From: an uncultured virus (IMG/VR IMGVR_UViG_3300034073_003023)
Lineage: Duplodnaviria; Heunggongvirae; Uroviricota; Caudoviricetes
Virus record (IMG/VR): IMGVR_UViG_3300034073_003023
Direction: 5' to 3' (one strand)
Length of the DNA stretch: 20,000 nucleotides
Shown here: in pieces, positions 14,980 through 20,000 of the stretch
Position numbering within the stretch: the first letter of the stretch is position 1
Layout of the letters: the number at the start of each line of letters is the position of its first letter
Notes under the pieces: model-generated
The model's input: only the letters and a program-made list of their open reading frames with translations
The model's database searches: none
What the model was told of the DNA's origin: nothing
Position numbers and translations under genes: made by a program

Positions 14980-16341
14980 TCAACCAGCATCATCATAGGA
15001 AAAATCATCATCATAACCAATTCCGTATTCAGGAATTTCTGAGAAGTCCATCATTAATTCTTGAGGGATTTCATCAAACACTACATCATCATCAAAGTTA
15101 TAAATGTCTAAGGTGGGAATTTCATCCATAGGATTTTCTTCTAAAAATCTACTCACAAGCTCATCATAATTTCCAGATGGAGTTTCATCATTTTCACCGT
15201 TGTTATTAGGTCCTGAACCACCTGGAGCATCGTCATCTCCATTTCCCCATCCATTATCTCTTTGTGAGTTTTGTCCCTGACCTCTTCCATTACCACTATC
15301 ATTTTCATCATCAGAATTTTGGTTTCCGTTAGCATTTGATGGTCCATTTCCTTTAAATCCTGGTTGCTCTCCTTCATCATCTTCACCACCTTCCATAGGT
15401 CCAGAACCAGGAGTTTTATCTCCATTATTTCCAGAATTTCCAGTAATACCATCAAAAGGTGAATTTCCTACATCCTTATTGTTTCCTGGATTTTGACCTG
15501 ATGGTTCCTCTGGTTCAGGAGGCTCAGGAGGATTAGGAGGTTCTGGTTCTTCAGGTTCCTCAGGGTCTTCAGGGTCTTCTGGTTCAGGAGGAGCAGGAGG
15601 TTCTGGTTCTTCAGGGTCTTCTGGTTCAGGAGGATTAGGAGGTTCTGGTTCTTCAGGTTCCTCTGGTTCTTCTGGGTCTTCTGGTTCAGGAGGAGCAGGA
15701 GGTTCTGGTTCTTCAGGTTCCTCAGGGTCTTCTGGGACTTCAGGCTCTGGTTCATCAGGAGTAGGAGGTTCCACAGGTGGTTCCTCTGGGACTTCTGGGA
15801 CTTCTGGTTCTGGAGGAGCAGGAGGTTCTGGTTCCTCAGGAGTAGTAGGTTCTACAGGTGGTTCTACTGGTGGAGCAGGGGAAGTTGGTGCTGGTTCTTC
15901 AGGAACTTCATCTACAACTTCTCCATTCGGTGTCTCACTATCCACAGGATTATTGTCATTATTATCAGGAATAATACCAGCACCAAGATTAGGTATAGTT
16001 TGAATCCTAACATTTGGAGTTTCTGCTAGTGGAATTAATTCTAGTCCTTGAGGATTATCTTCTACACCTTCTTCCTCAGGAGCAATTAAAAAATCCCCAG
16101 TTCCACCATAAGTTTCAAGAGGTAAATCTGAAACTTGTCTGGTAGGAACTGGAGAAGTTGCGGAAACTTCACCAATATTATTAGGATTAACTTCTAGTGT
16201 AGGTGTATTATCTTCAGCACTTCCCACAGGAGTATAACCATCAGGATTTCGTAGTGCTGCGTTTGGGTCGTGCTCTACGGCATCTTGTGATTGTAGAACA
16301 TTCTTTTGCGTTTCTTCAAGAAATAGATTTTCTTCCATCAT
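14980..16341 (-). CDS. Highly acidic Pro/Glu-repeat protein with a Gly/Asn-rich C-terminal module
   Basis: 453-aa ORF; SD GGAG; ATAAATA at 16369-16375; (PEE/PED/PEPP[A/N]PP)n repeats. Confidence 0.8.
   Translation of the reverse strand: MMEENLFLEETQKNVLQSQDAVEHDPNAALRNPDGYTPVGSAEDNTPTLEVNPNNIGEVSATSPVPTRQVSDLPLETYGGTGDFLIAPEEEGVEDNPQGLELIPLAETPNVRIQTIPNLGAGIIPDNNDNNPVDSETPNGEVVDEVPEEPAPTSPAPPVEPPVEPTTPEEPEPPAPPEPEVPEVPEEPPVEPPTPDEPEPEVPEDPEEPEEPEPPAPPEPEDPEEPEEPEEPEPPNPPEPEDPEEPEPPAPPEPEDPEDPEEPEEPEPPNPPEPPEPEEPSGQNPGNNKDVGNSPFDGITGNSGNNGDKTPGSGPMEGGEDDEGEQPGFKGNGPSNANGNQNSDDENDSGNGRGQGQNSQRDNGWGNGDDDAPGGSGPNNNGENDETPSGNYDELVSRFLEENPMDEIPTLDIYNFDDDVVFDEIPQELMMDFSEIPEYGIGYDDDFSYDDAG
15502..15905 (-). 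repeat. In-frame degenerate tandem repeats
   Basis: Recurring 9-nt blocks (CCTGAAGAA, CCAGAAGAC) and repeated CCAGAACCTCCT[GC/AA]TCCTCCTGAACCAGAAGAC units. Confidence 0.9.
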
Positions 16342-16371
16342 CTAATACTCCAAAATGGGGACATTAATTAT

Positions 16372-17271
16372 TTATTTTATTGTATTATTTTCTCCATCAT
16401 TCTTTACAGTTCGGTCAGAACCTGAGAACTTATTGTCTCTAATGATGTTATTGTTTGCGAAATCACGGTCATTTACACTACTGCCGAAATTATACCCTTC
16501 ATCAGCATTACAGTAGAAACGATTTCCATTACGAGCACCTAACCAAATACCATAATTGTTAATGTGTAATCCTGATAAATTAAAGTCATTATTTTCAATT
16601 ACATTATACTGGGGGGCTTGGTGTCGAACAGTTCCACCTTCTCCACAGTTGCGATAGAGATATACTCCACCACCTACTGCGGTCTTAAATCTGTTTCCAG
16701 AAATAGTATTATAGGCAGAACCATCTACTGCGATAACTTCACGAATTCTGAACTGACGAAGTGTAAAGTTTCCACTCACATCAAAAGTATTGTTGTAAAT
16801 GGTATTGTATCCACTTTCAGCATCCAGATAGATGACCGTTGAATCAGTTGTTCCAATAAACTCAGAGTTTTCCACAGTCACTCTTGTAACACCAGGAGCA
16901 AGATAAACTGGAATTCTATTCACCCCCTCAATCGTCATATTAGAAATTCTAACATTAGAAGGTGCTGCTGCCTGTGCTCTTTCGGTGTGCCCTTCCTTAT
17001 GTGAAGATTTCTTTACTTCCTCATCTTCACCATTCATACCAAGTCCATAAACCCGAATGGAACCTTTTAACTTACAGTTTTTGATTTCTATGTTTTGAAC
17101 ATCAGAAATCACACGAATTTCTGTGGTCTTTCCGTTGTTAAATTGTTTGTTCTTACAGTCAATCGTAGTATCACTTTTGGTAATCTTATGAACCTCATAG
17201 GGTTCAGGTTCTTGAGTACAAGATGCTGTTAGAAGTAGTGGTAGTAATACCAGAAGATATTTCAGTTTCAT
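16372..17271 (-). CDS. Putative lipoprotein with a right-handed parallel beta-helix (pectin lyase-like) fold
   Basis: MKLKYLLVLLPLLLTASC lipobox from ATG 17271; repeats such as NVRISNMTI, RVTVENSEF, YNTIYNNTF, YNTISGNRF, YNVIENNDF, NNIIRDNKF. Confidence 0.8.
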   Translation of the reverse strand: MKLKYLLVLLPLLLTASCTQEPEPYEVHKITKSDTTIDCKNKQFNNGKTTEIRVISDVQNIEIKNCKLKGSIRVYGLGMNGEDEEVKKSSHKEGHTERAQAAAPSNVRISNMTIEGVNRIPVYLAPGVTRVTVENSEFIGTTDSTVIYLDAESGYNTIYNNTFDVSGNFTLRQFRIREVIAVDGSAYNTISGNRFKTAVGGGVYLYRNCGEGGTVRHQAPQYNVIENNDFNLSGLHINNYGIWLGARNGNRFYCNADEGYNFGSSVNDRDFANNNIIRDNKFSGSDRTVKNDGENNTIK

Positions 17272-17351
17272 TTTTGTGGGAGTGTGGTTTCTTATATATT
17301 CCTGGCCAAGTTTCACGGAGGATTTCGGCAAGTTTATAAGGTGTTTCCGAA

Positions 17352-17441
17352 CTAATCATCCGTCTGTTTTGGTTTTCCGTAATTAAGACCCAACCAAATA
17401 AGATAAATGCCCATCAGAGAGTTAATCCAATCAATTTCCAT
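17352..17441 (-). CDS. Small hydrophobic peptide (29 aa)
   Basis: MEIDWINSLMGIYLIWLGLNYGKPKQTDD*; starts 1 nt after the upstream stop. Confidence 0.55.
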   Translation of the reverse strand: MEIDWINSLMGIYLIWLGLNYGKPKQTDD

Positions 17442-17442
17442 T

Positions 17443-17676
17443 TCAGAACCCTTTTGCTTTTTTCTTTGGTTGTTTCTTATCTAGCACTTCAACATAGTCT
17501 AGAAATTGTTTTGGTGTTTGAAACCAAGTCCTTTGAATGTCTTCAAAGTTATCAAACACTTCTGGTTTCTTAGTCGTATAATGAAGTTTATAATCGTGAC
17601 GAACATAGGGTTCATCAGAGGTTTGTGCGAATGTTTCGGGAAGCACTCGTTCTTCTGGGTCAAGTTTTCCAACCAT
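17443..17676 (-). CDS. Conserved cyanophage hypothetical protein (77 aa)
   Basis: FAQTSDEPYVRHDYKL...WFQTP..FLDYVEVLD...KGF. The ORF-track TTG start at 17730 is the -35 of the promoter, so ATG 17676 is preferred. Confidence 0.8.
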   Translation of the reverse strand: MVGKLDPEERVLPETFAQTSDEPYVRHDYKLHYTTKKPEVFDNFEDIQRTWFQTPKQFLDYVEVLDKKQPKKKAKGF

Positions 17677-17701
17677 CTTTGAAGTCTGCGGAGGGGTTCT
17701 T

Positions 17702-17730
17702 ATTATAGCAGGAAAGGGGTTAGAAGTCAA
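17702..17730 (-). promoter_or_regulatory. Strong sigma70 promoter
   Basis: TTGACT-N17-TATAAT with TGn. Confidence 0.85.
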
Positions 17731-17788
17731 GAGACAGAAGAAAGAGAATTATACCGAAACCTATGAAGAATGCGAGAGTGATAAACAT
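17720..17788 (-). CDS. Putative 22-aa single-TM peptide
   Basis: MFITLAFFIGFGIILFLLSLDF*; overlaps the last codons of the endonuclease gene. Confidence 0.45.
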   Translation of the reverse strand: MFITLAFFIGFGIILFLLSLDF

Positions 17789-18333
17789 TTGAGATTTTCT
17801 ACTAATGTTTGGAGTTCTTGTAGGGATGCGTCGTTTTTTAATTTATTTGCCCTCAAAGACACTACCCATATATTTCCCCTAACATATCCAAGTTCTGGAA
17901 TAATTTTATCAAGGGAAGGATTGTTTGGTGAAGTTTTATCAGTATTACTTTCTAGTTTTATACCAAGTAGAGGGCAAGTTTCTGGAATAACAATATCACT
18001 CAATTCAATATTGAATGGTAAATTATTTTTCTTTGCTCTATGTCTTGCCCTTGCTAACATCTTATATTCAACTGACTTTGATACTGCGTTAGGGTCAAAT
18101 CTTTTTTTATTAGTTTCAATAGACCTTTCAGTTCTAAAACAACCGCAAGATTGTACTTTACCAGAAACTATTTCGTGCCTTCTGGTCTTTGTAGTTTTTC
18201 CTCCACAAGAACAAGAACATTCACAGAGAACATATTTTTTACAAGGAGACCTATATTCTCTTTCTATAGTAAGACGACCAAAAGTTTTTCCTACCATTCC
18301 TCCACAAGGAACCGATTTTTTATTAAGAGGCAT
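17761..18333 (-). mobile_element. Free-standing putative homing endonuclease (HNH/His-Me-like) gene
   Basis: N-terminal GKTFGRLT...CECSCSCG...SGKVQSCGC Cys module plus a C-terminal CPLLG...PSLDKIIPELGYVRGNIWVVSLRANKLK nuclease-like module; has its own promoters; adjacent to psbD. Confidence 0.8.
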
Positions 18334-18354
18334 ACTCGTTTAATACTCCATTAT

Positions 18355-18390
18355 TATTTATATAATACCATTTTCTGGGTCATAAGTCAA
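18355..18390 (-). promoter_or_regulatory. Overlapping sigma70 and late promoters for the endonuclease
   Basis: TTGACT (18385-18390)-N17-TATTAT (18362-18367) and TATAAATA (18355-18362). Confidence 0.75.
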
Positions 18391-18391
18391 T

Positions 18392-18413
18392 AAAAAAGAC
18401 CCCGAAGGGTCTT
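18392..18413 (-). terminator. psbD terminator
   Basis: AAGACC-CTTCGG-GGTCTT followed by TTTT (cUUCGg tetraloop). Confidence 0.92.
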
Positions 18414-18418
18414 GTGTA

Positions 18419-19480
18419 TCAAAGAGCATTACCTCTCGGCAATACTTCTTCTGGAAATACAAAGTTTTCGTGTGGTTGGTCAATTGGTGCTAACCAGGCA
18501 CGTAATCCTTCATTCAAAAGCTGGTTTTTAAGATAGAACGTCTCAAATTCTGGATTGCTTGCTGCTTCAATCTCCTGACTTACAAAATCATAAGCCCTCA
18601 AATTCAAAGCCAATCCGATAATCCCAATAGAAGAAGTCCAAAGACCCATAACGGGAACAAATAACATAAAAAAGTGAAGCCAACGCTTATTGCTAAAAGC
18701 GATACCAAAGATTTGTGACCAGTAGCGGTTTGCTGTAACCATAGAGTAAGTTTCTTCCTCTTGTGTTGGTTCAAATGCCTTGAAGGTGTTTGCTTTTTCA
18801 CCGTCTTCGTAAAGGGTATTTTCAACTGTCGCACCGTGAATAGCACATAGTAGGGCACCTCCTAGAATACCTGCCACCCCCATCATATGGAAGGGGTTGA
18901 GAGTCCAGTTGTGGAAACCCTGAAGGAACAGAAGGAACCTGAAGATTGCTGCCACACCAAAGGATGGAGCAAAGAACCAACTGGATTGACCCAGAGGATA
19001 CATCAGGAATACTGAAACAAATACTGCGATGGGTCCAGAGAATGCGATTGCGTTATAAGGACGAATGCCTACAAGACGGGCAATCTCAAACTGACGGAGC
19101 ATAAAACCGATTAGAGCGAAAGCCCCGTGGAGTGCCACAAAAGTCCAGAGTCCCCCAAGTTGGACCCACCTGACGAAATCCCCTTGAGCCTCAGGACCCC
19201 AGAGAAGCAGAAGAGAATGACCCATAGCATCAGCAGGGGTACTTACCGCAGATGTTAAGAAATTGCAGCCTTCCAAATAACTGGAAGCAATACCGTGTGT
19301 GTACCAACTCGTCGCAAATGTAGTGCCCGTTAACCAACCACCAAGAGCAAGGTATGCTGTTGGAAACAGCAATAAACCACTCCATCCAACGAACACAAAC
19401 CTATCCCTTTTCAACCAATCGTCCAATAAATCAAACCAACCTTTCTGTTGATTTGGAACTGAAATCGTAGATGAAACCAT
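18419..19480 (-). CDS. psbD: Photosystem II D2 protein (353 aa)
   Basis: [22 protein letters not shown]...FHMMGVAG...[17 protein letters not shown] before ATG 19480. The ORF-track TTG start is the -35. Confidence 0.99.
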   Translation of the reverse strand: MVSSTISVPNQQKGWFDLLDDWLKRDRFVFVGWSGLLLFPTAYLALGGWLTGTTFATSWYTHGIASSYLEGCNFLTSAVSTPADAMGHSLLLLWGPEAQGDFVRWVQLGGLWTFVALHGAFALIGFMLRQFEIARLVGIRPYNAIAFSGPIAVFVSVFLMYPLGQSSWFFAPSFGVAAIFRFLLFLQGFHNWTLNPFHMMGVAGILGGALLCAIHGATVENTLYEDGEKANTFKAFEPTQEEETYSMVTANRYWSQIFGIAFSNKRWLHFFMLFVPVMGLWTSSIGIIGLALNLRAYDFVSQEIEAASNPEFETFYLKNQLLNEGLRAWLAPIDQPHENFVFPEEVLPRGNAL

Positions 19481-19503
19481 CAATCCTCCATTAAGATTTG
19501 TAA

Positions 19504-19537
19504 TATTTATGTTAGCATTTCTTAACAGAAAGGTCAA
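19504..19537 (-). promoter_or_regulatory. psbD dual promoter
   Basis: TTGACC-N17-TAACAT (with TGn) overlapping the late promoter ATAAATA at 19504-19510. Confidence 0.75.
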
Positions 19538-19569
19538 TGAGTATTAGTGCTCATCTTATTAAAGGGCAT

Positions 19570-19596
19570 AAAAAAAGAGACCCTTTCGGGTCTCTC
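19570..19596 (-). terminator. psbA terminator
   Basis: AGAGACCC-GAAA-GGGTCTCT followed by a T-tract. Confidence 0.92.
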
Positions 19597-19615
19597 AAAA
19601 ACTATTGAGTTTTTA

Positions 19616-20000
<385 letters not shown>

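Noticed and set aside
15153..15755. Alternative-frame ORFs 15153-15455 and 15468-15755 (also 11328-11537 and 18604-18858)
   Set aside because: Off-frame products of repeats or codon bias within real genes
15502..15905. Possible CRISPR array or DGR-like repeat
   Set aside because: The repeats are contiguous, in-frame multiples of 3 with no unique spacers, and there is no reverse transcriptase or cas gene
17789..18343. 184-aa + strand ORF opposite the endonuclease
   Set aside because: Codon-aligned antisense shadow; the promoters and motifs are all on the minus strand

Overview
This is an AT-rich segment of a T4-like cyanophage (cyanomyovirus) genome, mostly coded on the minus strand. It runs in four blocks. 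(1) Baseplate, tail and head-completion genes: gp51, gp26, a gp54/gp19-like gene, gp4, gp48 and gp53, interrupted by a small early-promoter cassette of two membrane proteins. (2) Replication and transcription core: gp32, DUF1825-like, gp59, gp33, an exonuclease, phoH and thyX. (3) Small conserved cyanophage genes, speD, a glutaredoxin and an HNH gene, followed by an accessory island with a Pro/Glu-repeat protein and a beta-helix lipoprotein. (4) A free-standing HNH-type endonuclease, psbD and the 3' end of psbA. The most notable signal is a compact nitrogen-sensing module at 10909-11309: a perfect NtcA box, a sigma70 promoter, a glutamine-I riboswitch with a plausible anti-SD switch, and two translationally coupled unannotated micro-ORFs, one with a DUF4278/IF17-like YRG motif. 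The second is a D2 protein with five clustered substitutions in a normally near-invariant lumenal segment, next to a putative homing endonuclease. All calls come from reading motifs by eye; no searches were run.
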